IMG/VR virus record: IMGVR_UViG_3300025732_000024
Span: 31,305-95,304 of that record
Reading direction: 5' to 3' (one strand)
DNA length: 64,000 bases
DNA from: a virus
The notes beneath the pieces were generated by a model. That model was given only the letters and a program-made list of their open reading frames with translations. It ran no database searches and had not been told where the DNA came from. Made by a program: the position numbers and the translations under genes. Every line of letters starts with the position of its first letter. Positions within the stretch are counted from its first letter, which is position 1. Positions 19,492 to 29,976 of this stretch are shown piece after piece.

Positions 19492-20394
19492 TCAATACGG
19501 CACTTCCGCCATGTTCCCCAATGGGTCTACCTTGATATCAGTGACAATCTTCCTGGCCTGTGTAGCGACAAAACCAGCTTTCTTGACCATGCGCTCCCAC
19601 AGGGAACGGAACAGTCCTTTGCGTCTTTTCCATTGAAAAACAACCGCTTTGACGGCTGGTATGCAGGGGGCTTCAACCACAATATCCCCAATACCGTAGT
19701 ATGTACCCCGGAAATCATGCAGGGCAAAGAATAGCGCATTATACAACTCAACCATCAGCATACCACCGTGGTCGGGCATACAATTGAACGCCGTAATGTC
19801 TTCAGAGTGCTTCAAGCTTTCGTTGATTCTATCCCGACGCACCTGATCAAACACCTGATAGAAGATGAGCATCTTAGCAATATCAACTCGCTCTAGAACT
19901 GGTGGTGTGGCCACGCCGTGACCAGGTACACCAGCACGTTTTCCCCACGCCGCACCCTTGGGGCGATTCTCCAAATCATACCAAAATAGTCCCCAGGATA
20001 TCTGGAGTTTTCGGTATGTGAGCAGCGTCTTAGTGTTGTGATACGCTCCAGCCCAGCAATGCTGAAGATATCCTTCCGTAAAGTCTAGGGGTACTGTAAT
20101 CTGCACATTGCCCTGGGCAGAGCAGGCAAGCAGGTTGTTCCAATTCTCAGGGACTACCCTGTCCATGCCCTCTTCCCGTCTGATAGCCTGGTAATCCGTA
20201 GCTGCGCGCCACACCAGGGAATTAAGGATGCCCATGTGAGTAAATAGCTGGCGGTCGGTTAGGGTCTCTGATGCCGCAAAAGCCAACTCTTTAATTTCTA
20301 GGATTTGATTTTTTGAGAGAATTGTGTTATTATTCATATAGATGATGAATAAAGTTTGCATTGCAAGAATCTTGTAATGTGCGCGCACTGGCAT
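19492..20394 (-). CDS. Hypothetical protein, GC-rich relative to the window
   Basis: About 300-aa ORF; start uncertain. Confidence 0.6.
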   Translation of the reverse strand: MPVRAHYKILAMQTLFIIYMNNNTILSKNQILEIKELAFAASETLTDRQLFTHMGILNSLVWRAATDYQAIRREEGMDRVVPENWNNLLACSAQGNVQITVPLDFTEGYLQHCWAGAYHNTKTLLTYRKLQISWGLFWYDLENRPKGAAWGKRAGVPGHGVATPPVLERVDIAKMLIFYQVFDQVRRDRINESLKHSEDITAFNCMPDHGGMLMVELYNALFFALHDFRGTYYGIGDIVVEAPCIPAVKAVVFQWKRRKGLFRSLWERMVKKAGFVATQARKIVTDIKVDPLGNMAEVPY

Positions 20395-21162
20395 TAGTCA
20401 GTGCGTTTTGCTTTTTACCCGACCACCGCAACATCACGATTATAACACCATATCCAATATTATGCAAGCGGCTGAAACCCTTGCTGTATCTACATCTCTA
20501 CTTTTACTTACAGTATCCTCCTCATCCAGTGGAGACTGCTCATTTGGATTTTTTCTTTTGGAAAATTCTTTTCTTGGATTCCATTCCCATAAGCTCTGCA
20601 TCATGAGAAGGATACTGTAAGTAAAACGCCAAATCCTTGTAGGGTAGGCGGTTCACCGTCAAGCTAGTTAAAGCTGTTGCGATGATTGTACTGATACAGG
20701 CGTCAAGATTGTGACTTTTGTAAAATTCAGTATAAATCTAAGATAAAAGGTGTTGACAATTAATCTGAGATAAATTATATTGATTACATGAGAGGCAAAA
20801 CACTAATCCCAAAACAACCCGCAGGCCTCACGGGGTGCAGATGGTAGGGACTCTGCATTAAGGAAGATGTTTGAACAAATTGAGTCCATGAAATCCGATG
20901 CTGCCAAATGGCAGCCTGAGTTAACTGAAACGTCATTATCTGACTATATGCTTACCCTAGCATCTGCTGGGGATTTAGAAGCTATAGAATGGGTAATAGA
21001 ACACATTATGGAGTCTTCAGAAGAAGACTCTGAAGAGTTTTAGTTGTTACTAACTCCCAATTTGACGGCCATTTCAATCCCGAAATATTAAGTTATGGGG
21101 TAAGAATCAAATTCTTAATGGCCGCATTCCCCGAAACCGTTATTCAATAGGGGACTAATCAA

Positions 21163-21471
21163 ATGCAAATCAAAATCACAGAAAAAAGCAGCTTTGCGCT
21201 GCTAGAAATTCTTGCGGACAATGGCAACCCTGCCAGCCCCCAAAATCCAGTAGACGAACAATCAGAACTGGCGAAAGCCAACTTCCCTGAAGCCAACGGA
21301 CAGTTGGCTGTCATTAGCGGAATGCCAGTCAGTGCAATCGCCTTGGTGGCGTTGCACTACAAAAACCTGTTCGGCGCAACTGCTGTCGCCAATCCCCGTC
21401 TTGGGGTGGCACTGGTGGTTCACTCCACCAACCCAGCCTACCCACTGGGTGCGTCAATCCCTTTGGGATAA
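21163..21471 (+). CDS. csx3: Csx3/Crn3-like cA4 ring-nuclease homolog
   Basis: LAVISG-MP...AVANPRLGVALVVHST...LG aligns by eye with Csx3 VVISGRGP...AVYDPRLG-AVVV; 102 aa. Confidence 0.7.
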   Translation: MQIKITEKSSFALLEILADNGNPASPQNPVDEQSELAKANFPEANGQLAVISGMPVSAIALVALHYKNLFGATAVANPRLGVALVVHSTNPAYPLGASIPLG

Positions 21472-21713
21472 TCGAGTTGTGGCAGAATCGCACCGTTAAA
21501 AAGCGCGGTAGACCTGCCACAGGTCAAGGTGAATCAAGGTATATTCCTCTTGAATTGTTACCCGCCGTAGATAATCTCCTAGAGGAATACAGAAAGTAAA
21601 AGAAATCCCTAGTCAATGGCTGGGGATTTTTATTTTGAAAATATTTTATTTCGCTATTGACATTATAGAGAAATTATTCTATAGTGTAAGAAGTTGAAGA
21701 AACAAAGGCAATT

Positions 21714-22265
21714 ATGGAAGCTATCAAAATTTGGCACGCAGCCGAAGGGATGAGTCTTTCACCAACAGGTTTTAGGTTGGCTGACTCAGATGAGTTGGTG
21801 AAAGATGCTATTTATGGGGCCGTTTGCCCTGGCGATATTTTAGAGTTAGGCGATGGTAAGTTTGTTGTCGAAAAAGACAGGAGTTTATCCTGTCAGACAA
21901 AACGTTTTAACTTTGTCTTTAAGCATTGTTTCCTCGAAGATCCACTAAAATGGATGGATCATATACTGGAAGGAATAGGTTTAAAGAAAGAAAAGATTGT
22001 CAAAAGCTACGGAGCTATGGCAAATCTCCAAAGTCACGAATGGAACAATCGTGACGGCGAAAATTGCGATTTAATTGCAGTTAACAGCCGAAGATGGGAT
22101 AAAAACATTCCCGTTTATGGTTTCACCTACAAAGATGAGGACGGTGAAAGTATGGACGATTGGATTTTAAAAGAATTTATACCTGCTTGCAAAAAGCTGA
22201 TGTCGCAAGCAGGAGAAGTGAACATAACTTATTTTGAAAATGAAACTGGTTGGTGGATTGAATGA
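21714..22265 (+). CDS. Hypothetical protein
   Basis: Directly downstream of the repeated promoter. Confidence 0.65.
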   Translation: MEAIKIWHAAEGMSLSPTGFRLADSDELVKDAIYGAVCPGDILELGDGKFVVEKDRSLSCQTKRFNFVFKHCFLEDPLKWMDHILEGIGLKKEKIVKSYGAMANLQSHEWNNRDGENCDLIAVNSRRWDKNIPVYGFTYKDEDGESMDDWILKEFIPACKKLMSQAGEVNITYFENETGWWIE

Positions 22266-22711
22266 ATCTTTCTCAAATCCTCCACAAAATCTTGAGCAAC
22301 TACAAAAGCATCTATGATGCTGCTCAGGAAATCTCGCTGCAAACAGGCGAGAAGCTTGACACAGTACACCACCGATTGTCCAAGTGGTGTAAAAAAGACC
22401 CTGAAACATGGGTCAAAATCAACCAAGCTTTAAACCTGCTTGGCTATGAAATTCAAATCAAAAAGCAAGGCAACATGAAAGCAAAAGCAATGTTAACTTC
22501 CAAGACACTGGCAGGGTCTGGTGGACTTGTCTCTGTAATCTATGAGGTCGTAGATTACGACGAAAGAGAGAATGCTATTTACGGCATCATTGATACCAAT
22601 TTCAGGGGCATTGCCCTTGTAATTGAAGAAACTCCAGCCTCAAGAAAGGTTGAGGTTTACGCGACAGAATTACCTGTGCTTTCTCTTTTGAGAGAGTACG
22701 TGGACTTTTAA
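22262..22711 (+). CDS. HTH-containing hypothetical protein
   Basis: SIYDAAQEIS...LSKW; ATGA overlap with upstream gene. Confidence 0.55.
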   Translation: MNLSQILHKILSNYKSIYDAAQEISLQTGEKLDTVHHRLSKWCKKDPETWVKINQALNLLGYEIQIKKQGNMKAKAMLTSKTLAGSGGLVSVIYEVVDYDERENAIYGIIDTNFRGIALVIEETPASRKVEVYATELPVLSLLREYVDF

Positions 22712-22771
22712 GTATTTGCGGAACTCCTTAGTTCCGCGAATACCCTGTCCAATAACTGGAGATTTTTAAAC

Positions 22772-23179
22772 ATGATTATTGACTTTGGTAAATACAAAGG
22801 AAAAAATATTGGGGAAGTCCCCACTCAATATCTCGCATGGGGCGCAGTTTACCTCTCCAATCGATGGAGAGATGTTTTTGAACAGGAATACGACTCTCGG
22901 TTACATTCGAGATTGTATAGGTTTCAGGTGTTTTTAAACACCACAGAACCTGAAGAATGCCTGTCCCTTCCACAGGACTTACTGCGCTCTCTACGCCTCT
23001 ACAAGAGGTTCTGGGGAAACAAGAAGATAGCTTACATAGAGAATGATGGTGATTTCATCATTCTTCCACAAGAACTGGATGAGCGGCAAAAAGATACACT
23101 TGACTTTTACTTAAAAAGTACAAGTACCATGATGGAATATTGTTGTGAACTTAATCACAACAATTACCGACAGTTCTAA
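22772..23179 (+). CDS. Protein with FGKYKG (DUF3820/ExoX C-terminal-like) domain
   Basis: IDFGKYKGKNIGEVPTQYLAW. Confidence 0.65.
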   Translation: MIIDFGKYKGKNIGEVPTQYLAWGAVYLSNRWRDVFEQEYDSRLHSRLYRFQVFLNTTEPEECLSLPQDLLRSLRLYKRFWGNKKIAYIENDGDFIILPQELDERQKDTLDFYLKSTSTMMEYCCELNHNNYRQF

Positions 23180-23303
23180 AAAAAAAGAAACCCCTGGTCA
23201 ACGACTGGGGATTTTTTATTTTAAAAATATTTTATTTTACTAGTTGACATTGTAGAGAAATTATTCTATAGTGTTAAACATGAGACAAAAGGAGATAAAG
23301 AGT

Positions 23304-23720
23304 ATGACTTTTGTAAAACCAGTAATTGCAAATAAAACAGTTAAAAAATACGATAAGGTTCTCTTTGGAAGCGGTTCAAGCCGCCCCTACAGTCCATATA
23401 CCCTACTTAGTGACGTAACTGTCACTACAAAAGATACAAGGTCTACAGGAAGTGTGAGCTTCCATATTTCTGGCACGTTGCCAGATGGTAGAACAATACA
23501 AACAGAAGGATTTTTGTACAAGAAAGGGCGCAGTCCTTGGAAGTTCAGCGGTGCTGGTCTAGCACCATTGGAATATTCCGGTGGTATGTTAAGTCACTGC
23601 CAGGATGCAGTGCATTTTATGTTTGACCCTGGAGAATGGGATAGGTCTTATCGCTACAAATTCCCTGAAACGCTTGTAACGGATACATGGTCTGCCAAGC
23701 AGACGTGGCAAGAATGGTAA
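23304..23720 (+). CDS. Hypothetical protein
   Basis: AAGGAG RBS; promoter upstream. Confidence 0.65.
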   Translation: MTFVKPVIANKTVKKYDKVLFGSGSSRPYSPYTLLSDVTVTTKDTRSTGSVSFHISGTLPDGRTIQTEGFLYKKGRSPWKFSGAGLAPLEYSGGMLSHCQDAVHFMFDPGEWDRSYRYKFPETLVTDTWSAKQTWQEW

Positions 23721-23776
23721 GCCGAAACGGGAGCAATCCCGTCCGCACAGGATGACAACCTGCGCGCTGATGAGGC
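23721..23776 (+). ncRNA. Type II hammerhead ribozyme
   Basis: GCC-GAAA-CGGGA(GCAA)UCCCG-UC^-CGCACAGG(AUGACAA)CCUGCGCG-CUGAUGA-GGC; complete core; cleavage predicted after C23743. Confidence 0.9.
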
Positions 23777-23796
23777 AAGTTAACAAAGGAGCAGGT

Positions 23797-24372
23797 ATGC
23801 GTACAATAGAATTAGCTAAAAAATTGAATTTAAAAGAAAACCAAGCAATCACTTGGTTGTCATTACCGGAATGGAAGCCTTATTTCAGGGTTAGCTTTGA
23901 GGAGAAATTAACTTCTTCATTGAGAAAGGAGATTAGCAAAAGGCTGTGGAAATATCATAGAGTTAGAAATCCCGTTAAGTTCAAGAAAATCCAAGGGGGG
24001 TTCCTTGGGACGGTAAACAATTTAATAGTTGAGGTGAATTTCTATGCTTATTACAAACCAAGCATAGAAGTCACGACAAAATACCCTTATTCAAAGGAAA
24101 CAGAAACTGTTCCTGATGTCTGGATGCCTCAAGAATATTATCTACCAACCATTGACATTAGGGAATTTAATCCGACGGATTACTCTGATGTGGCGCACCC
24201 GCTACACGAGTGGTTTGAACTAGGGGCATCGTTGGGGTATGGGGACGGGTTTTGGAATAGAGACCCTGATGAACCCCTTAATGATACTCCTGAATTCCCT
24301 ACTAGGGAAGCTGAAACAGCTTACCGTGGAGGATATGAAAGAGGATTCACCAACGGGGTAATGGATGAATAA
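23797..24372 (+). CDS. Hypothetical protein (start MRTIEL)
   Basis: AAGGAG RBS between ribozyme and ATG. Confidence 0.65.
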   Translation: MRTIELAKKLNLKENQAITWLSLPEWKPYFRVSFEEKLTSSLRKEISKRLWKYHRVRNPVKFKKIQGGFLGTVNNLIVEVNFYAYYKPSIEVTTKYPYSKETETVPDVWMPQEYYLPTIDIREFNPTDYSDVAHPLHEWFELGASLGYGDGFWNRDPDEPLNDTPEFPTREAETAYRGGYERGFTNGVMDE

Positions 24373-24428
24373 CCCACCTGATGAGTCCGGCTGGCGACCG
24401 GACGAAACACTCCGATGAGTGTCGTGGG
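24373..24428 (+). ncRNA. Type I hammerhead ribozyme, copy A
   Basis: CCCAC-CUGAUGA-GUCCGG(CUGGCGA)CCGGAC-GAAA-CACUC(CGAU)GAGUG-UC^-GUGGG; cleavage predicted after C24423. Confidence 0.93.
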
Positions 24429-24455
24429 CAGCCGTATAATTACACTGGAGAATTT

Positions 24456-24755
24456 ATGATTTATTCTGTTGGTTTTGATGAACAGGAATTGAGCAAGGTC
24501 AGCCTAGAAGCTAACAAACTCTTGTCCGGACAAGAACTTGTTTATGACAAAAAATTAATAACGTTCACCTCTTTTTCATCCTATGAAGGGGAGGAAGAGT
24601 GTGACAGAGAAGAGACCGACATCCTCTCTGGAGATACGGTGATTGTGTCCTGGTGGACTCCCTTTGCCTACATCGAAAGGATGAGGCAGGACAAAATAAA
24701 AGTCATTGTTCTGGAAACAGAACACGGAGGTATTATCAGGGTAATTTCATCTTAG
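24456..24755 (+). CDS. Acidic hypothetical protein flanked by two hammerheads (start MIYSVG)
   Basis: GGAG RBS; upstream ORF-track extension is ribozyme sequence. Confidence 0.6.
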   Translation: MIYSVGFDEQELSKVSLEANKLLSGQELVYDKKLITFTSFSSYEGEEECDREETDILSGDTVIVSWWTPFAYIERMRQDKIKVIVLETEHGGIIRVISS

Positions 24756-24756
24756 T

Positions 24757-24812
24757 CCCACCTGATGAGTCCGGCTGGCAACCGGACGAAACACTCCGAT
24801 GAGTGTCGTGGG
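24757..24812 (+). ncRNA. Type I hammerhead ribozyme, copy B
   Basis: Near-identical to 24373-24428 (one loop-II change); direct repeat extends to about 24833; cleavage predicted after C24807. Confidence 0.93.
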
Positions 24813-24839
24813 CAGCCGTATAATTACACTGGATAAACT

Positions 24840-24871
24840 GAAAAAACCCGTCAGAAATGACGGGTTTTTTA
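24840..24871. terminator. Intrinsic terminator
   Basis: AAAAAACCCGTCA-GAAA-TGACGGGTTTTTT. Confidence 0.85.
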
Positions 24872-25185
24872 TTGCCCATTCTCCAATAGTTCCGCTAAAG
24901 TCTCCAGAAGCCACACCAAATCCTCTCTAGGCATCCATCCCAGCTTGTTAAATCTGTCCAGAATTTGCCGGAATCGCTCCTGTTTGTCGTCCATGATTGA
25001 ATTGTACCGTTCGTGTGTCCCTACCTCAAACAATTATATATAAATAATTGTAGAGATAAATTTAATCCAATTAGCAAACCAATCGGCATAGTCCATTAAT
25101 TGTGCAATCAATTTTAGGCATAAATAAACCCGCTAAAACTGTATTAATTTTAGCGGGTTTTAGTTATTGGTGCAATTCAAAAAGG

Positions 25186-25701
25186 TCACGCTATTCTCAA
25201 AAAAGTATCTAGCGTTTTTGGCGGCACGGGTAAGTGGGATGAGAACTCCAGATTGTATTTTTTTGCCCATCGCCTCAAGGTTTTAATAGTGGGAGATTTG
25301 CCAATTTGACGACACAACCACGCAGGAACTTCCGAACCTTTGATGCCCTCAATGGCAATTCCGTCGCCCAATGCTTTATCAAGTTCCGTCTTCAATACCG
25401 GACTTGAATTTAACCGCTTAACAATTTGAGGTAAAGTCACCCCTGTGTTGCACCCTACTGGTCTTTTAGTTCCGTTTTCTCTCTTCTGCTCAAAGCGGAT
25501 ATATGCCAGCATCATCAGCCATTGACAATGAGTTTTGCTGATAATCGGCTCTTCTCCTTTCTTTAATTTACGAAAGTCGGGAACTTGACAAATCTGCTTG
25601 TATTTCCGCCAAGTGCGATCGCTTATCGGGTCATTGTAAATATGAGCGCAAGCAGCCCACACCCAGCGTTCCGGATATCCTTGGGGTTCATTATTTTTCA
25701 T
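25186..25701 (-). CDS. Hypothetical DNA-binding protein
   Basis: SDRTWRKY and TIKTLRRW HTH-like motifs. Confidence 0.5.
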   Translation of the reverse strand: MKNNEPQGYPERWVWAACAHIYNDPISDRTWRKYKQICQVPDFRKLKKGEEPIISKTHCQWLMMLAYIRFEQKRENGTKRPVGCNTGVTLPQIVKRLNSSPVLKTELDKALGDGIAIEGIKGSEVPAWLCRQIGKSPTIKTLRRWAKKYNLEFSSHLPVPPKTLDTFLRIA

Positions 25702-26203
25702 TTCTCCACTCCTTCGCATTAATAAAATTAATATTGGCCGCTACTGCCGCTTGTCTGTCCTCTTCCCTATCTCCCACCATCAAATACTCGTGTCCAGGAT
25801 ACAAACTAATCCCAAAATTCAACATTCCTGGATTAGGTTTTCTAAAGTTGCCAAAATCTTCCCAGCGATTTGATAGTAGTGGACTCTGTCCGACTTCCCT
25901 GGCAAATTTAGATAGTCGGTAAAAAGTTTCACCTCCATCGGTGCAGAAGAAAATCATTAACATCTTAGGGATTAAATCAAGGGTGATTTTCTGTTCTGTA
26001 AAACAATCTTCAAGGGACTTAAACCCTGCTTTCACGCCACCTTGATTGGTGACACCAATGATTTTGTAATCGTGATAGCGAGCGATCGCATCTTCAACTC
26101 CAGGAATCATCTCCTGGTCATAGGGGTCATTGATGAACGTCGCCCCTGACTTACTGCGGCGCACCGTTCCGTCCAAATCCAAAAACAATACTTTACTGCT
26201 CAT
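25691..26203 (-). CDS. HAD phosphatase (GmhB/PNK 3'-phosphatase-like)
   Basis: FLDLDGT, TNQGG, RKPNPGM, VGDREED. Confidence 0.9.
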   Translation of the reverse strand: MSSKVLFLDLDGTVRRSKSGATFINDPYDQEMIPGVEDAIARYHDYKIIGVTNQGGVKAGFKSLEDCFTEQKITLDLIPKMLMIFFCTDGGETFYRLSKFAREVGQSPLLSNRWEDFGNFRKPNPGMLNFGISLYPGHEYLMVGDREEDRQAAVAANINFINAKEWRNEK

Positions 26204-26579
26204 TTTGCTTTTCTAGGTTTAGCCGTTTTTTCCTACCGCGATTCTTGTAATGTCCAAATTCCTTTATCTGAATTCGCTCTTCCGTTACTCCAAACTCTAA
26301 CGCTTTCTCCCGCTCATGCGTCCTAACGCTATCCTGTTCTTGTCGCCACAAAGCCGCTACAGCCATTTGCAGTCCGGTTGTGACATCTACTCCGTAGCAG
26401 GCAATGACTCTTAAAAATTTACGCTTAGATTCCGCCGGAACTTTACCCCGGATTTCTCGCATAGCATCGCCTACTACGGGCTTGCCGTCAATCATCCCTC
26501 GGTCAGGATGATTGCTGATATCTTCTTCTAGTTCTTGTTTAGTCTGTGGTTTCCGTCGTTCGGTCATGATATTCATCAA
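26193..26579 (-). CDS. Hypothetical protein (possible RHH)
   Basis: ORF in operon. Confidence 0.5.
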   Translation of the reverse strand: MMNIMTERRKPQTKQELEEDISNHPDRGMIDGKPVVGDAMREIRGKVPAESKRKFLRVIACYGVDVTTGLQMAVAALWRQEQDSVRTHEREKALEFGVTEERIQIKEFGHYKNRGRKKRLNLEKQNEQ

Positions 26580-26705
26580 AGTTATTTTCTACTATTAGCA
26601 CACTATTAGCGGAAAATGATATGCTATAAAAAAATAGTCCCTATTTTGCTGAAACCAAAATAGGGACACACCCCACTAGCCGTTACCTAATGGAGTACCC
26701 CAATC

Positions 26706-26939
26706 ATGGCACAAACCACAACAAGAATCCAAGAAATTGCAGACAAATTAATGAAAGATGGGCGCATATACCCTGGAGAATACGGGTATATATCAAGATG
26801 TATTCAGGCGATTTATTACCAGCTAGAGAAATTTTATAATGGCACTGGTGTTGAACCACCTAGTAGAAAAACTATAGAAAAATGGTTTGAAAGAGATTGT
26901 CCTGATTGGGCGATCGCTATTTTAAATAAAGCAATTTAA
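26706..26939 (+). CDS. Small hypothetical protein
   Basis: GGAG RBS. Confidence 0.55.
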   Translation: MAQTTTRIQEIADKLMKDGRIYPGEYGYISRCIQAIYYQLEKFYNGTGVEPPSRKTIEKWFERDCPDWAIAILNKAI

Positions 26940-27213
26940 AACAGATAACCTACATTTGTCGGTAAACCTATAGCCACCCCACAAGGGTGGTTTTATATTG
27001 GTGACATAACCCAGACATGACCCAGACATCACAAATTTACCACCATGGAAAAAACCAAAACTCGCGCATATTTTGAAGCACTGGTAAAGGACGGCGTTTC
27101 GTCTCAAACAGCAAGACAAGCAGCATCAACCATGAGATGCGATGACTACTTTGAAAAACGGACAGAGCGAGGCTCTAACAAAGTATTAGACGCGTGGGAA
27201 GAAAGTATGTTAA

Positions 27214-27489
27214 ATGCCAAATAGAAAGCAGATTGCCCAAGAAGTCGGTGTAGGAGAAAGACAACTGCAAAGATACATAAAACTAGCATCCCAATATTTA
27301 GATATGTTTGCATCTTTTAGGGATAAAACCACCAATAATCTGATTGGGATGCCAGTTGAAAATGATGAGCAGATTCAAATATTAAAAGCAATAAGGACGC
27401 TAATTTTAAAATACAAAAACACCAAAAACGGAGCGGAAATTATTGCAACAGAGCTACAGAAAATCAACAAAGGAGACAGCAATGTTTAA
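27214..27489 (+). CDS. HTH protein
   Basis: RKQIAQEVGVGERQLQRY. Confidence 0.65.
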   Translation: MPNRKQIAQEVGVGERQLQRYIKLASQYLDMFASFRDKTTNNLIGMPVENDEQIQILKAIRTLILKYKNTKNGAEIIATELQKINKGDSNV

Positions 27490-27733
27490 ATCTAAAATCA
27501 CAGCATCAATCATCATTATCCTTGCCTTAGCAATGCCAGCCATATCCTACGCAGCAGCCAAATACATACCATCAGCACAGGTTCAAGCCAATGGAAAACA
27601 CTGAAATTTTAATTGTAATCAGGCAACATGAACCAGACGGAAGTTACAAAGAATGGACGGCACAACCAGGGTTATCAGCCTTTAGTGCAGCCGCCAAAAA
27701 ACAAATCAAGAAACTATTGGGAGTAGGCAAATT

Positions 27734-29975
27734 ATGACAGTGGCAGATTTAGTTAAAAGCTTCATGAACTCGGAAATGTCAGTAGACAACGTTTGGGAAA
27801 AAACCCAAGCAATATGCGCTATCTATGGCATTGATCCAAACACATTAGATGAAGCAAACGCCCAATTTATAGCAGGTGAAATTGATAAAGAAAATGCCAG
27901 TTTAGCCGTTAGTGGTAATGGCGGCGGACTGACTGTAACTGAAGACAACGGAAAGAAAAAGAAGAAAAATACACCAGTAGCTACCAATAATTCACAGCAA
28001 GCGCAAACCCTAAAACCTGCGGTAATTGGACTAAGAAATGCTATTGAATCCGAAGTAGCGGGCTTGTCTAATGCCTTCGATTCAGAGTTTACCAAGCACG
28101 AGAAAAACGCAGCCCAAAAAATCACACAGAGAGCCAAACAATTTGCTCCCAATGTAGTCAATTACGTAGCCGAAGAACTGGAGGGCTACAAAGCAGATTC
28201 AGAAATCTTTCACGGACAAATTACAGGAATCATCGAAGAGGCTTTTAGCGGTTTCCTCGACGATTAGACCATCTAATTGGATGATTGCAGCCGCAATTAT
28301 TCAGTCAATCGCACTAATAGGAGTTCTCGTTTATGCAGCATCGCAACCTCCCCGACCCGTGGGAGGAGACAACCACCCAAACACCCAAGAACCCCATAGA
28401 ATTTACCGTGAAACCGACTGGTGAATTTACATTTAAAGGGTCACCTAATCCCGATTTAGTCAGGCAATTAATAGTCTCTAGCGACTATCATCAAGACCAA
28501 TACCGTCGCCACAAATCTGAAACAGAGCAACGCATTGATAGTCAAGCACAGATGACTAATTATTTAACAATCGGATTCTTGGGGACATCTATTTTAGTAT
28601 TAGCAGCGTGTCTAATACTGTCAGCAAACAAAGGTCAAAATCAACAAAATCAAGGAAATATTAATTATGATGGACAATTTATTCGGGGGACTAGTTGCAG
28701 GTAAATCCAGTAAATTAACTGGCAGTGGGCAAAATCCAACCGCTATCGGCAACTTAGGAAACTCAATGGCACGGGTAAAAGACAAGATGCAGCTACCCGT
28801 CGAAATATCAGCAGCAAAAGTTATTCAATTAGAACAAGAAATGGGACAAACAGCAGGCGAAATGGAATTAGCAAGTCAGATTTTTTCTGCACAAGAAAAA
28901 CTCCTAAACGATGCAATCACCTTACACGGTAAAAACACTGACTGGGCAGCTATCACCATGAGAGCGGATCAGAAATTGCGAGAAATCGAATCAAAACATC
29001 ATCAGCAAATTGCCACCTATAGCCTAGGCGCAGCCAAAACCCAGGCTTACGTTGACGGATACACGGGAGCATATCAAATGAGTGCGGAGATTTTCCAATG
29101 ATATTCAAACGAAATTCAGAAGCAGACAACGCATTGTTTCTATTCTTTAATAAGGTCGGTTGGGTGGTGCTATTTTATAATGCGTACACCCTATATCCAT
29201 ACTTTTACGACCTTTTAAAAGCAGCAGATTATTGGCAAAGAATCTTTGCTAGTGCTGTATCTGTGGCATTAATTCTAGGGATTGAATCATCTACCATGAC
29301 CGTATTGTCCGACCCTAGAGTTTTAGTGAAAGTCCTAGAAAAACCTAGAGTTGACAAAGAAATTAAACAGATTTTTGATGTCGTCAGCTTCATGGGAATT
29401 GCTAGTTTTTTATTAGTCGCATCCTATACTTTTTGGACTGATTATCAAATCAATTTAAAACAATTAGGCAACCCTAGCATGATGTTTTTAAAAATATTAT
29501 GCGGCGTGTTTGTGATTGGTGCTGAGTTAGCTTTTGGTTGTGCAAACATATTTTTAATAGCCAGCAAGGAGGCTGAATTAAATGATTCCAGACGCTAAAG
29601 GTATTATTACCATCCTATTGATAGCTTTGTTTTTGGGGATGATTTTATATTTGCAATATGACATGAGGAGATGACATGAAAATCAAAATGGAGGACTTAT
29701 TTACCGTCGGTTGCCTATTTTCTGGATATGCCTTTTTCCAGTTAATGGGAATCATCATCAGAGGGTTTCCCGGTAGTCGTACTGGCGCGATCGCTCTTTC
29801 TGTACTAGGAATCCTTCTTATATTCGGTATGGGATTCAGTAACTGGTGTGGGTTGTGGTACAAGCGCGGCGGTGTCCTGAGCAAAAATCAATCCGTTGTT
29901 GGCTTTGCTCCATTTTATGTACTTGGTACATTTGCACTGGTGGCGTTAATTATTGGATTCAATGCGGGAGGCTGA
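27734..29975 (+). CDS. Cluster of coiled-coil and membrane proteins (27734-28267, 28333-28704, 28667-29101, 29098-29598, 29676-29975)
   Basis: Closely spaced co-directional ORFs, several with hydrophobic segments, upstream of the ATPase. Confidence 0.6.
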
Positions 29976-29976
29976 C

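Larger units (their letters stand above)
21603..23273 (+). promoter_or_regulatory. Second repeated terminator+promoter unit (about 21603-21687 and 23187-23273)
   Basis: Hairpin then TTGACATTRTAGAGAAATTATTCTATAGTGT in both copies. Confidence 0.8.
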
